Shown here piece by piece: positions 48,576 to 60,353 of a stretch of DNA of 64,000 bases. The notes under the pieces were generated by a model. It searched no databases, had not been told where the DNA came from, and worked only from the letters and a program-made list of their open reading frames with translations. The stretch spans positions 384,001 to 448,000 of the forward strand of contig CAWFFU010000003.1 in assembly GCA_963815215.1 (NCBI GenBank), written 5' to 3'. The position numbers were made by a program, and so were the translations under genes. Position 1 is the stretch's first letter; every line of letters starts with the position of its first letter. This DNA comes from an uncultured Trueperaceae bacterium (GTDB taxonomy: Bacteria; Deinococcota; Deinococci; Deinococcales; Trueperaceae).

Positions 48576-50373
48576 CGCTCGTTCCCCGTTGTTGGATGGC
48601 GTGAAGGCGGGCGTAGAGGCCTCCGCGTTCCAGCAGCGCAAGGTGCCTCCCCTGTTCGACCACGCGCCCGGCGTCCACGACGGCGATGCGGTCGGCGTCA
48701 CGCACGGTGGACAAGCGGTGCGCGATGACGATGCTAGTGATATCGTGTGCGCCGGCGAACAGACCGGAAAGCGCGTCCTGGATGACGGATTCCGACTCGC
48801 TGTCGAGGCTCGAGGTCGCCTCGTCCAACACCAGCAACGTGGCGCCGCGCAGCAGGGCGCGAGCGATGGCGATGCGTTGCTTCTGTCCCCCGGAGAGCTT
48901 CACGCCACGTTCGCCTACCTCGGTGTCGAAGCCCTTCGGGAGCGCCTCGACGAAGGGCAGAGCGTTGGCCATGCGCGCGGCGCGGACGACGGCGGCCTCG
49001 TCGGCGGTGGGTCGTGCGTAGCGGATGTTGTCGCGGACGCTGCCGGAGAAGAGGGTCGGATCCTGGGGCACCACCGCCAGGGAACCGCGGAGCGCATCCA
49101 GCCCCAGCTCGCGCAGGTCATGACCCCCGACGCGGACGACACCTGCTTGAGGATCGTACAACCTGCCTAGGAGCTTGACTACGGTGCTCTTGCCGGCGCC
49201 GGAGGGACCGACCAGCGCCACCGTCGAGCCTGCCGCCACCTCGAGATCGAAGCCGTCGAGCGCGGGCACGTCGGATCCCGGGTATGCGAACCGCACGCTC
49301 TCGAAGCGCACGTCGCCCGACCCCGGCGACCGCGCGCTGCCGCCACTCTCCTGCATCTCGGCCAACAGGTCGTCGATCCGCTCCAAGGCGGCGGCGCCCG
49401 CTTGGAGCTGGTTGTTGAAGTTGAGCACGAACACGACCGGGGTCACGAGCTCGCTGACGTAGAGCAGGAAGGCCGTCAGCTCGCCGGTGCTGAGCGATGC
49501 CGCGCCCAGGGGCATCGGGGCCCCCGTCTGTTTCAGGACGATCAACCAACCGCCCAGCAGCAACAGAGCGCCCGTTCCCAGTCCCGAGCTGAGCCCGACC
49601 CCCGCCTGCATCATCCCCGACTGCCAGCGGCGCGCCATCCCGAACCTGCGGTACCCATCGCTCGCCTCGCGGAAGCGTCCCAACTCCTCCCCTTCAGCCG
49701 TGAACAGCTTGACGACGCCCGCGTTCTGGATCGCTTCGCTGGCCACCGCGGTCAGCTCCCCGACCTGCGAGCGGATGTGGCGCGATAGGCGGCGCAGCGG
49801 TTGTTGGAAACGCAGCGTGATGAGCGCCATCGCACCCACCAGAGCGAGGCACACCAGTGCCAGCAGCCAGTTCATGGCGAACAGGATCGTGAGGACCACG
49901 ACGATCCCGAACAGGCGCCCCAGGATGCGCGAGGCGCCGGCCTGGATCATGGACTCGAGCGCGTTGACGTCGGACACAACGCGTGCCACCAGCGAGCCGG
50001 ACCGCTCCCGGGTGAACCTCGCCATGGGCAGGCGCAGCAGGTGCGCGTACGCCGTGGTGCGGAGATCGTGGATCACGCGCTGGGTGAGCGCGTAGCTGAA
50101 GTACATCGAGACGAACGACAGCGCCTCCCGCACGAGGTAATAGGCCAACATCGCCAAGGCCAGCAGCACGAACGTGCGCGCCTTGCCCCCGGGGATGGCC
50201 ACATCGATGACGATGCGCGCGAACTGCGGGGCGAGCTGCGCCACCAGCGCTCCGGCCGCGATGAGCGTCGAGAGGGCCACGACCCGACCGCGGTAGGGGG
50301 CGAGCAGCGCCGCCAGCCGCGGCACCCCGCCGCGTCCCGCGGCTCCCGGCGAACCCACCCGTCCTTCACTCAT
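48529..50373 (-). CDS. ABC exporter, fused permease/ATPase (MsbA-like half transporter)
   Basis: Six-TM domain, GPSGAGKST, VPQD, LSGGQKQRIAIARA, LDEATSSLD, IAHRLST. Confidence 0.92.
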   Translation of the reverse strand: MSEGRVGSPGAAGRGGVPRLAALLAPYRGRVVALSTLIAAGALVAQLAPQFARIVIDVAIPGGKARTFVLLALAMLAYYLVREALSFVSMYFSYALTQRVIHDLRTTAYAHLLRLPMARFTRERSGSLVARVVSDVNALESMIQAGASRILGRLFGIVVVLTILFAMNWLLALVCLALVGAMALITLRFQQPLRRLSRHIRSQVGELTAVASEAIQNAGVVKLFTAEGEELGRFREASDGYRRFGMARRWQSGMMQAGVGLSSGLGTGALLLLGGWLIVLKQTGAPMPLGAASLSTGELTAFLLYVSELVTPVVFVLNFNNQLQAGAAALERIDDLLAEMQESGGSARSPGSGDVRFESVRFAYPGSDVPALDGFDLEVAAGSTVALVGPSGAGKSTVVKLLGRLYDPQAGVVRVGGHDLRELGLDALRGSLAVVPQDPTLFSGSVRDNIRYARPTADEAAVVRAARMANALPFVEALPKGFDTEVGERGVKLSGGQKQRIAIARALLRGATLLVLDEATSSLDSESESVIQDALSGLFAGAHDITSIVIAHRLSTVRDADRIAVVDAGRVVEQGRHLALLERGGLYARLHAIQQRGTSDEEVAGRVDVVVPPS

Positions 50374-51413
50374 GGGGTCCGCACGTCGCCTCCGGGGGGC
50401 CGCCCGAGCGCTTCCGTCGTGGTCGGGGGCGGCGTCACGGCGCACCGCAAGGCTTCCCCCTCGCCGGCGATCCGGTAACGGCCCAGCGCGGCCGGTAGCA
50501 CCACGGCGCCCCCGCGCCTGAGCCGTTCCTCCCCGCCCGCCCAGCGCAACGTGGCCTCCCCCCGGGTGAGCACCACGATCTGCAGACTGTCGGGGTCGGT
50601 CTCGGCGTCGCACGCAACGCCGTCGAGGCCGACGGCGTCCATCACGAAGTGTTCGCAGCCCAGCAGCCGACGCCAGCCACCCGCGAGCGGCGACGGCACG
50701 CTTCGGGCGCGATCGCCTCCGGTCAGCGTGGCGACTTGCAGCGCGCGGTCGACGTGGAGCTCACGCTGCCTGCCCGCGCCGTCGTGTCGTTGGTAGTCGA
50801 ACAACCGGTAGGTGAGGTCGCTCGACTGCTGGATCTCGAACAACAGGATGCCCTTTCCGATCGCATGCACGGTCCCCGCGGGGTTGTAGATGACGTCGCC
50901 GGGCACGACCGGCACGCGGTTCATCAACTCGGGCAGGGAACCGTCCAAGACGGCGTCCCGCACATGGCGGGCGTCGACGTCCTGCCGGAAGCCCCACAGC
51001 ACGTGCGCGTCGGGCGCCGCTTCCAACACGTACCAGGCCTCGCTCTTGCCCAGATAGCCTGTGGCGGACTCATGGGTCCGGGCGAACGCGTCACCGGGGT
51101 GCACCTGCACCGAGAGCCGGTCCGCGGCATCGATGAGCTTCGCCAGCAACGGCACCTGGTCGCCGTAGCGCGCGGCGCTGACGCTACCCAGCAGCCGCGC
51201 ACCCAGGACGTCGGCAACCCCCTGCAACGAGCGGCCCGCGAAGCGTCCGTTCAGGACCCGATTCTCTGCGTACACCAGCCAGCCCTCGCCGACGGGATCC
51301 GACCCGGGCTCCGTGGCAGGGAGCGCCAGCAGCTCCGGCAGCCGGTCGCCACCCCAGACGCGCCGGCTGTACCGGAGTTCGAGCCTAAGCGGATAGATCT
51401 CGCCGCCTGCCAT
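50370..51413 (-). CDS. Mannose-6-phosphate isomerase, class I
   Basis: VWGG, LLAKLIDA, LSVQVHP, KSEAWY, PAGTVHAIG, EIQQSSDLTYR. Confidence 0.9.
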   Translation of the reverse strand: MAGGEIYPLRLELRYSRRVWGGDRLPELLALPATEPGSDPVGEGWLVYAENRVLNGRFAGRSLQGVADVLGARLLGSVSAARYGDQVPLLAKLIDAADRLSVQVHPGDAFARTHESATGYLGKSEAWYVLEAAPDAHVLWGFRQDVDARHVRDAVLDGSLPELMNRVPVVPGDVIYNPAGTVHAIGKGILLFEIQQSSDLTYRLFDYQRHDGAGRQRELHVDRALQVATLTGGDRARSVPSPLAGGWRRLLGCEHFVMDAVGLDGVACDAETDPDSLQIVVLTRGEATLRWAGGEERLRRGGAVVLPAALGRYRIAGEGEALRCAVTPPPTTTEALGRPPGGDVRTP

Positions 51414-51519
51414 GACACTCCCCTCACTCAGCTTCGGACGGTTCGGCGGCCGCCGCCGCGCGACCGGTCATGCGCGCTGTGCCGAGGGCGGCTTTGGCCG
51501 TACGATGGGACACGCCCCG

Positions 51520-52122
51520 ATGACCGAAGCCCTCACGCACTTTATCAACGATGCCGGCTGGCTCGCGCCTCTCTACTACGTTGGGTCGTTCCTGCTCACC
51601 GCGCTGCTGCCGTTCATCCCCACGCCGCTGATCGGGGCGCTGGGAGGGAAGGCGTTCGGACTCCTCGCCGCCGTGGCCTACGGCATCATCGGTCTCGGGC
51701 TGGGGGCGTTGGTGGGCCTGCTCCTGGCACGCAAGATCGGACGCCCACTGTTGACCCTGCTGGTCCGGCGCGAGGCGCTGCAGGAGTGGGAGGAGCTGCT
51801 AGGCATCCGCTCGGTCGCGGTCTGGGGCCTGCTCTATTTCGTGCTGAATCTGGACTTCGTGGTGCTGCTCTCCGGCCTGACCTCGCTGCCGCTGACCGAG
51901 CTGTGGATCGCCGCCATGATCGCGCGCACGCCCTGGCTCATCGGCAGCGCCTGGCTGGGAAGCGCCGTCCTGGTATCGGACACGGTGCTGTGGCTGGCCC
52001 TGATCGTGCTGGTGCCGATGCTCTACCTTCTGAACCGGCTCCGTCCGCGGATCCGTCACTGGATCGTGCGTTTCCGACGAGCCGAACGCCACAGCGAAGA
52101 CGGTGAAGCGGGTCCGGACTAG
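51520..52122 (+). CDS. VTT/TVP38 (DedA superfamily) membrane protein
   Basis: LAPLYY...PFIP...GGKAFG...LARKIGR pattern, highly hydrophobic; start uncertain (51505 or 51520). Confidence 0.72.
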   Translation: MTEALTHFINDAGWLAPLYYVGSFLLTALLPFIPTPLIGALGGKAFGLLAAVAYGIIGLGLGALVGLLLARKIGRPLLTLLVRREALQEWEELLGIRSVAVWGLLYFVLNLDFVVLLSGLTSLPLTELWIAAMIARTPWLIGSAWLGSAVLVSDTVLWLALIVLVPMLYLLNRLRPRIRHWIVRFRRAERHSEDGEAGPD

Positions 52123-53051
52123 CGTTTCAAGCGGGGGTCGAGGACATCGCGGATGGCGTCCCCGAGAAGGTTGAAGCCGACCACCGAGAAGAAGATGGCG
52201 ATGCCCGGGACGATCGACAGCCACGGGGCGATGCGGAAGCGCCCGAAGCCATCGGAGATCATGGCGCCCCACTCCGGCGTCGGCGGCCGCGCACCGAGTC
52301 CCAGGAAGCCGAGCGCGGCGACATCCAGGATGGCGGTGCCGATCGACAAGGTGAGCTGAACCATCAGCGGCGAGAGGCCGTTGGGGAGCACGTGGGCGAC
52401 GATGATGCGCACCGAGCGCGAGCCGACCGCGCGGGCGGCCTGCACGTACTCTGCCTCGCGCAGGCTGAGTGTTACCGACCGAACGATCCGGATATAGACC
52501 GGTACGTACGTGATACTGATGGCGATCAGCGCGTTCAGCAGGCTCTGACCCAACGCCGCCACGATGGCGATGGCGAGCAGGATGCCGGGGAACGCCAGCA
52601 AGATGTCGACGAACCACACGATGACGGTGTCGAGCCAGCCCCCGAAGAAGCCGGCCACGAGCCCCAGCACGGTGCCCACCAGGGCCGCCATGGCCACGGC
52701 TTCCAGACCCACGCGAAGACTGATGCGGCCGCCGTAGAGCACCCTCACCAGCATGTCGCGCCCCTGCACGTCGGTGCCGAACGGGAAGGACCAGCGATGC
52801 AGATGTTTCTGCTCGAGCTCCTGAGAGCTCATCGTCCAGGTGGGTGGCAGCATGCGGTCACGAAGGTTGATCTTGAGAGGATCGATCGGCCGCAGGACCG
52901 GAGCCAGGATGGTGACGGCAACGAAGAACACGATGATCGCCAGCCCGAGTACACCGGTAGGGTGCCGCCGGAAGCGTCGTGCGGCGTCCTGCAGAAGGGA
53001 GCGGCCCTCGACATGGTCCTCGCGTCCGAGCGATGCGGCCGGGCTGGTCAT
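52119..53051 (-). CDS. dppC: Peptide ABC transporter permease (DppC/OppC)
   Basis: PFGTDVQGRD, YGGRISL, EYVQAARAVG, HVLPN, LGFLGLG...PEWG. Confidence 0.9.
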   Translation of the reverse strand: MTSPAASLGREDHVEGRSLLQDAARRFRRHPTGVLGLAIIVFFVAVTILAPVLRPIDPLKINLRDRMLPPTWTMSSQELEQKHLHRWSFPFGTDVQGRDMLVRVLYGGRISLRVGLEAVAMAALVGTVLGLVAGFFGGWLDTVIVWFVDILLAFPGILLAIAIVAALGQSLLNALIAISITYVPVYIRIVRSVTLSLREAEYVQAARAVGSRSVRIIVAHVLPNGLSPLMVQLTLSIGTAILDVAALGFLGLGARPPTPEWGAMISDGFGRFRIAPWLSIVPGIAIFFSVVGFNLLGDAIRDVLDPRLKR

Positions 53052-53064
53052 GGTGCGCCTGGGC

Positions 53065-54117
53065 TCATGTGTACTGGATCCTCGGGTCGATGAAAGCGTA
53101 CGAGAAGTCGACGAGCATGTTGACGATGACGAACATGACGGCGATGAACAACACGCCCCCCTGGATGATGGGGTAGTCGCGCGAGGAGATGGCGTCGTAG
53201 ACGAACCGCCCGATGCCGGGCCAGGCGAAGACGGTCTCGGTCAGGATGGCGCCGGAGAGCAGCTGCCCGAAGCTCAAGCCGATCACCGTGATGACCGGTA
53301 GCAGGGCGTTGCGTAGTGCGTGCTTGCTGATGACGGCGCGGTTCTCGACACCCTTGGCCCGCGCCGTGCGGATGTAGTCCTGACCCAGCACCTCCAGCAT
53401 GCTGCTGCGGGTCATGCGCACGATGATGGCGAGTGGGATCGTGCCGAGCGCGATGCCGGGCAGGACCAGATGCTTGATGGCGTTCCACAGCACGTCCCAC
53501 CGGCCCTGCACGATCGAGTCGAGCACGTAGAAGCCGGTTGTCGAGTGGAACACGATGGTGGGCGACAGCCTGCCTGAGGGCGGCAACCACCCCAACCCCA
53601 CGGCGAACACGTAGATCATGATGATCCCCAACCAGAACACCGGGAAGGAGACGCCCGCCAGCGCCACGAACATGACCGCCGTGTCAAGCAAGGTTCCGCG
53701 GTTGAGCGCCGCGACGATGCCCAACGGGACCCCCAGGACCACAGCGATGAACATGGCCACGATGGTCAGCTCGAAGGTGGCCGGGAAGAACTGCTCGAGG
53801 CTGCTGACCACGGGGATGCGGCTGAAGATCGACTTGCCAAGGTTGCCCTGGACGGCGCGGCTGACGAAGCTCGGATACTGCGCGTCGAGCAGTCCCGCGA
53901 TGCCCTTGGTGCGGGCCTCCTTGAAGTTCAAGAAGTAGGGGACGTCGAGGCCCAACTCGACCCGAAGTCGCTGGTACGACTCGGGTGAAGCCCGCTCGCC
54001 GAGCATGATGCGCGCGGGATCGCTCCCGATCACTCGAGGGATGGTGAACACCAGCAGGCTCACCCCGAACAGCACCGGGAGGAGGCCCAACAGTCGGCGA
54101 AGAAAATAGGAGAACAC
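53065..54117 (-). CDS. dppB: Peptide ABC transporter permease (DppB/OppB)
   Basis: GNLGKS, PATFEL, PVFWLG, QDYIRTARAKG, HALRNA, ETVFAWPGIG, RDYPIIQG. Confidence 0.92.
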   Translation of the reverse strand: MFSYFLRRLLGLLPVLFGVSLLVFTIPRVIGSDPARIMLGERASPESYQRLRVELGLDVPYFLNFKEARTKGIAGLLDAQYPSFVSRAVQGNLGKSIFSRIPVVSSLEQFFPATFELTIVAMFIAVVLGVPLGIVAALNRGTLLDTAVMFVALAGVSFPVFWLGIIMIYVFAVGLGWLPPSGRLSPTIVFHSTTGFYVLDSIVQGRWDVLWNAIKHLVLPGIALGTIPLAIIVRMTRSSMLEVLGQDYIRTARAKGVENRAVISKHALRNALLPVITVIGLSFGQLLSGAILTETVFAWPGIGRFVYDAISSRDYPIIQGGVLFIAVMFVIVNMLVDFSYAFIDPRIQYT

Positions 54118-54146
54118 GCTAGGTCATACCCGCTGACAAGATGATT

Positions 54147-54172
54147 GCTGGGCCGGCGTGAGCCGGCCCAGC
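54147..54172 (-). terminator. Intercistronic hairpin after dppA (mRNA stabiliser or partial terminator)
   Basis: GCTGGGCCGGC-N4-GCCGGCCCAGC, 11-bp perfect stem. Confidence 0.6.
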
Positions 54173-54181
54173 CTAGGAACG

Positions 54182-55759
54182 CTAGTTCTTGGTGACGTTG
54201 TTGAGCTCGACACTGGTGGTACCGAGCGGATTCGGAAGGAACCCGGAGATGTTGGCACGGGTCGCGTTGAGGCCCGTCGGGTACACGATCGGCATGCCCG
54301 GCACCTGATCGTAGATGATCTTGTCGGCCTGCTTGTAGTAGGTCACGCGCTCGGTCTCGCTCGCCGCCTTGCGCGCCTCGCCGAGCAGCTTGACCACTTC
54401 ATCGGCGTTCGTGCCGGTCCAGCCGAAGCCGTTCTTGATCTCGGTGGGGCTGAAGAACGTGTAGATGAAGTTGTTCGGGTCGGCGTAGTCGGCGCTCCAA
54501 CCCAGCATGTACATGGGGAACTTGCCTTCGTCGTAGTCCTTGAGGTAGATGCCCCAGTCCTCGGTATGGAGTTCCGCCTGGATGCCGACCTGCGACAGGT
54601 ATCCGGCGACCGCCTCGGCGATGTCCTTGGGCGAGGGGAAGTACGGCCGCGACACCGGCATGTACCAGAGCTCGGTCTTGAAGCCGTTCGGGAAGCCGGC
54701 CTCCTTGAGGAGTTCCTTGGCCTTGGCCGGGTCGTAAGCGTACGGCTCGTAGCCCGCACGGCCGATCAGGCCTGGGGGGATGAATTCGGCCGCAGGCTTG
54801 CCGAGCCCGCTCCAGAACGAGTCGACGATGGTCTTCTGATCGATGGCCAGGGCGACTGCCTGGCGCACGCGCACGTCGTCGAAGGGCTTGTTGGCCTGGT
54901 GGAAACCGATGTAGCCGACACTCAGGTTCGCTGAGGCGGTGGCGCGCTTGAGCGCCGAGTTCCCCTCGACGGCCTTCAGGTCATCGGGAGAGAGGTTCAC
55001 GGCGATGTCCAGTGTGCCTGCCTCGAGGTTGGCGAGCCGGGTGGCCGGCGACTCGATGCCGCGGAACACGATGCGCTCGACCTTGGCCTTGTCACCCCAG
55101 TAGTTGTCGTTGCGCACGAGCGTCACATGGTCGCCCTGCACCCACTCCTGGAACTTGAAGGGGCCGGTACCGACGGCGCCGACGCCGGGGGTGCCGTAGT
55201 CCACGCCCGCCTTCTTGATGGCGGCCGGGCTCTGGATCCCGAAGTAGCTCGACGCCACCAGGGCCGGGAAGAAGCCGACCGGCGAGGTCAGGTCGAAGCG
55301 CACCGTGTTGGGGTCGAGGACGTCGACCTTTTCCAGCAGGTAGCCCTTCTGGCCGTGGAAGGCGGCGAAGATGTACGTCCAGGCAGCGAAGTCCTTCTGG
55401 CTGGCAAAGGCGTAGGGGTTGTCACGGTTGTTCCAACGATCGAAGTTGAACTTCACCGCTTCGGCGTTGAAGGGCGTGCCGTCGGTGAAGCTGACGCCCT
55501 GGCGCAGGTGGAACGTCCACTGCGTGGCGTCGGCGTTCGCTTCCCAGCTCGTCGCCAGGAGCGGCTTCAACTCGGAGCTGCCCGGCTTGAAGCCCACCAG
55601 CGGTTCGGCGATGTTGTAAAGAACCGTCAGCGAGTTCCCGTCCTGCGGAAGGTCGAGATTCACCGGCAGGCCGCTCTGGCCGTACACCAGCGTCTGCGCG
55701 GATGCCAGCCCCGACAGGACCAGCAAACCAGCGGCCACCAACATGGCCATTCTCTTCAT
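54182..55759 (-). CDS. dppA: Peptide ABC transporter substrate-binding protein (family 5)
   Basis: Signal peptide, PLLATSW, LRQGVSFTDGTPFNAEAVKFN, GTGPF, VRQAVALAID, YMPVSRPY, GWSADYADP; GGAGG SD. Confidence 0.92.
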   Translation of the reverse strand: MKRMAMLVAAGLLVLSGLASAQTLVYGQSGLPVNLDLPQDGNSLTVLYNIAEPLVGFKPGSSELKPLLATSWEANADATQWTFHLRQGVSFTDGTPFNAEAVKFNFDRWNNRDNPYAFASQKDFAAWTYIFAAFHGQKGYLLEKVDVLDPNTVRFDLTSPVGFFPALVASSYFGIQSPAAIKKAGVDYGTPGVGAVGTGPFKFQEWVQGDHVTLVRNDNYWGDKAKVERIVFRGIESPATRLANLEAGTLDIAVNLSPDDLKAVEGNSALKRATASANLSVGYIGFHQANKPFDDVRVRQAVALAIDQKTIVDSFWSGLGKPAAEFIPPGLIGRAGYEPYAYDPAKAKELLKEAGFPNGFKTELWYMPVSRPYFPSPKDIAEAVAGYLSQVGIQAELHTEDWGIYLKDYDEGKFPMYMLGWSADYADPNNFIYTFFSPTEIKNGFGWTGTNADEVVKLLGEARKAASETERVTYYKQADKIIYDQVPGMPIVYPTGLNATRANISGFLPNPLGTTSVELNNVTKN

Positions 55760-55888
55760 ACACACCTCCAGTAAGTACGTCACGTGCCTACAGGCCGCCC
55801 GTCCCCTCGATGCATCCCGGAACGGTGCGTTCTCGCCTGCGTTGGCGCGAGTTTAGCACCTCGACGTCGTTGCCTGTGGCGAACGCTC

Positions 55889-56569
55889 TCAACCGGTTGC
55901 GGGAATCGCCTCGAGCCGGCCGCCGCTCAGCCGGTAACGACGGTCCACCGAGCGCACCAGATCTTCGTCGTGCGTCACCATCACCACTGCCGTATCCCGT
56001 TCTCGCGCCAGCTCCAGGAGCAGGTCGAACACGGCCCGCGCGTTCGTGCGATCCAGGCTCCCGGTGGGCTCGTCGGCGAGCAGCAGGCGCGGCCTCAGCG
56101 CAAGGGCGCGGGCCACGGCGGCGCGCTGACGCTCGCCACCGGACACCCGGCCCGGCACGGCCCCCTGTCTCGACTCCAACCCCACGCGCGCCAGCAACTC
56201 GCGGGCACGCGCCTCGTCCAGCTCGCCCACGATGCGGCCGGGCAACATCACGTTCTCGAGCAGGCTCAGCTCCTTGAGCAGGTAGTGGTTCTGGAACACC
56301 AGGCCCAACGTCCGCGCACGCTCCGTCGCAAGTGCCTGTGGGCGCCGCTCGTGCACCGGAAGGCCGCCCCACCACACCTCACCGGCATCAGGCTGGTCGA
56401 GCCCGGCCAGAAGGTGGACGAACGTGCTCTTCCCCGAACCACTCGGGCCGAGCACCGCGACCACGTCGCCGTGCTCGACGCGCAGGCTCGCCCCGCTCAA
56501 CACCTCGAGGCCACCGTCGGGTCCTGGGTACCGCCGGGTCAGGGCTCGGCATTCCAGCACGGCTGGCAC
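55889..56569 (-). CDS. ABC ATPase, LolD/MacB-type
   Basis: GPSGSGKST, GLVFQNHYLL, SGGERQRAAVARAL, LADEPTGSLD, VTHD; start GTG 56569. Confidence 0.88.
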   Translation of the reverse strand: MPAVLECRALTRRYPGPDGGLEVLSGASLRVEHGDVVAVLGPSGSGKSTFVHLLAGLDQPDAGEVWWGGLPVHERRPQALATERARTLGLVFQNHYLLKELSLLENVMLPGRIVGELDEARARELLARVGLESRQGAVPGRVSGGERQRAAVARALALRPRLLLADEPTGSLDRTNARAVFDLLLELARERDTAVVMVTHDEDLVRSVDRRYRLSGGRLEAIPATG

Positions 56570-56690
56570 GGGGGTACTATACGATCTGGAGGGGACGATG
56601 GGTGGGCGCGCTCGAAGATCGGCGCGAACGCAAGCACACATTGGGACCGGCCCGCGCGCCCGCGGCCCGTCCGTGGCACCGGAGGGATCG

Positions 56691-57401
56691 ATGGCTCAAG
56701 ACGAGAACGGCTCGGAGGTTCTGACAGCGTTCCTACGCGAGGTGCCGCTGTTCCGCGGCGCTCCCGACCGGGCGCTGGCGATCGCGGCGACCGCGGTGCG
56801 ACGTCGGGTCTACGAGGCCGGCGTCACCGTCTTCCAGGAGGGCGACAAGGGCGAGGCGCTCTACATCCTGGGTGCTGGCCTGGTGAAGCTGTCGAAGATC
56901 GACCTGGGCGGCCACGAGAAGACGCTGGCGATCCTGCAGCCCCCCGAGTTCTTCGGCGAGATGGCCCTGCTGGGCGAGTCGACCCGCAGTGCGACAGCGC
57001 TCACGCTCGGCGAAGTCACCGCCTACCTGCTGTTCAACGACGACTTCCGGAAACTGCTGGCGGACTACCCGTCGATCAGCCTCAACCTCACCACCACCCT
57101 CGCGAGTCGATTGCGGGGCATGGACGACGAGTCGCAGATCCTGTCCTACAAGGATGCGCAGGGTCGGGTCGCGTACGTGCTCTTGCGGCTCTACCGCGGG
57201 GGGGTGGTGGAGATCGACGACCAGCGTGCGCTGGTTCGTCTCACCCACCAGGAACTCGCAAGTCTCGCCGGAACCAGCCGTGAGACCGTCACCCGCGCGC
57301 TGAAGGCCCTGGAGGCCGAAGGCGTGATCGAGACGCGTCCCAAAGAGGTCTTCATCACCGACGCGGAGGCCCTGGCCGAGATCCTGCACGGGGTGCGTTG
57401 A
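56691..57401 (+). CDS. Crp/Fnr family transcriptional regulator
   Basis: cNMP pocket FFGEMALL...RSATA and HTH LTHQELASLAGTSRETVTRAL; GGAGG SD. Confidence 0.92.
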   Translation: MAQDENGSEVLTAFLREVPLFRGAPDRALAIAATAVRRRVYEAGVTVFQEGDKGEALYILGAGLVKLSKIDLGGHEKTLAILQPPEFFGEMALLGESTRSATALTLGEVTAYLLFNDDFRKLLADYPSISLNLTTTLASRLRGMDDESQILSYKDAQGRVAYVLLRLYRGGVVEIDDQRALVRLTHQELASLAGTSRETVTRALKALEAEGVIETRPKEVFITDAEALAEILHGVR

Positions 57402-57413
57402 GCCCGTTCTCTC

Positions 57414-58025
57414 CTACACGCGTGTAGCCCCGTCGAGACGGCGCGCGAGGCGTGCCTCGAGCCGCACCCGCACGTGCGGCCAGTCCTCGTCGGTCACGGC
57501 GAAGACCATGGTGTCGCGGACCTCGCCGTCCTTGGTGATCATATGGCGCCGCAACACCCCCTCGTAGCGGGCGCCGAGAGCGCGGATCGCCCGTTGCGAA
57601 CGGAGGTTGCGGACGTCCGTGTGGATCTGCACGCGGAGCCGCCCCAGCGGGCCGAAGGCGAAGCTCAGCATCAGACGCTTGCAGTCCACGTTCACTCCGC
57701 TGTTGAACACGTCCGGCCGGTACCAGGTGAAGCCGAGCTCGCAGCCCCGGTGGCGCGGGTCGATGTCAGCCAGTCGCGTGGTCCCCAGCAGCCGCCCGCC
57801 GGCCCGCTCCTCGACCGCGACCACCAGCGCCGTGCCCTGTGCCATCTCCTGGAAGGCCCGGCCGAAATAGGCGTCGGCCTGCTCGAGGGACGCCGGGGTG
57901 GAGGTGAGTCGGTACTCGTGCGGGTTCTCCAGGGCGATCGCGACGAGCGGCTCCACGTCGCGCTGCTCCAGGGGCCTGAGCCGCACCAGCGGTCCCTCCA
58001 GGATGGGGAAAGGCTCGATCGTCAC
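57414..58025 (-). CDS. GNAT acetyltransferase (RimJ/RimL-like)
   Basis: LEGPLVRLRPL, GTTR, ELGFTW, RNLRSQRAIRALGARYEGVLRRH, RDT. Confidence 0.88.
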   Translation of the reverse strand: MTIEPFPILEGPLVRLRPLEQRDVEPLVAIALENPHEYRLTSTPASLEQADAYFGRAFQEMAQGTALVVAVEERAGGRLLGTTRLADIDPRHRGCELGFTWYRPDVFNSGVNVDCKRLMLSFAFGPLGRLRVQIHTDVRNLRSQRAIRALGARYEGVLRRHMITKDGEVRDTMVFAVTDEDWPHVRVRLEARLARRLDGATRV

Positions 58026-58070
58026 CGCGCTAGGATAGCGCGTAGCGCGGGGGCACGGAACGCCTGCCGG

Positions 58071-58646
58071 TCAGTGGGAGCGAACGACGTGCTCGGCGGC
58101 CGTAGGAGCCGGACCGGGACGGTCGAGGTCGATCTCGAACGGAACGATCTCGGCGTGATCCACCAGCCTGCGCATCCCTACCAGGCTGCCGATGACGACG
58201 CCGTGGGTGACGACCACCAGGCTGTCGAAGCGGCGGTACCGGTTGAGAACCGTGAGGACCCGGTCGCGCACCTCGTGAAGGCTCTCCCAGGGCGCGGAAG
58301 GATCGTCGGCCCGGGAACCCGAGAGGGTCTGCTTGGCACGCTCGAGCAGGTGCGCGTCGGCCTCGGCCAGAGGGTCCTTCTGCGGAAGCCACTCGTGCAG
58401 GTCGTACTCCACGAACAGAGGCTTGTTGAGCGCCCGACTGAGTAGCGCCCCCGACTCGAGCGCCCGCGTGAACGTGCTGCACAGGATGGCATCGGCCTCC
58501 TGCAACCGGAAGTCTCCCGCGATGGTGTCGATCTGCAGACGACCGAGCGGTGTCAGCGGCGCGAAATCCTTCGCCCATCCTCGAGCACCGCGCATCTCCA
58601 CCAAGTTCCAGTCCGGCTCGCCGTGGCGCACGAAGAAGAGCTTCAC
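58071..58646 (-). CDS. Histidine phosphatase (phosphoglycerate mutase family)
   Basis: FVRHGE, LTPLG, STFTRA, LHE, WES, VVTHG. Confidence 0.87.
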   Translation of the reverse strand: MKLFFVRHGEPDWNLVEMRGARGWAKDFAPLTPLGRLQIDTIAGDFRLQEADAILCSTFTRALESGALLSRALNKPLFVEYDLHEWLPQKDPLAEADAHLLERAKQTLSGSRADDPSAPWESLHEVRDRVLTVLNRYRRFDSLVVVTHGVVIGSLVGMRRLVDHAEIVPFEIDLDRPGPAPTAAEHVVRSH

Positions 58647-58848
58647 CTGCGCGCCTCTCCTGGGAGCGTGATCACGGCCGTCCGGATGGGGTTGCGCGTC
58701 ATCGTCATGAGGACCTCGGGGCCCCGGCCCTCACCTACGGGGGCCGTCCACGAAAGCGTAGCAAGCGCGCCCTGGGGTCACTGTTCGAAGTTTTACTCGC
58801 CTCGGGGAAGGTCTCGACGGCCCCCAGGCCGTCCCCGCCGACGGCCGC

Positions 58849-60349
<1,501 letters not shown>

Positions 60350-60353
<4 letters not shown>

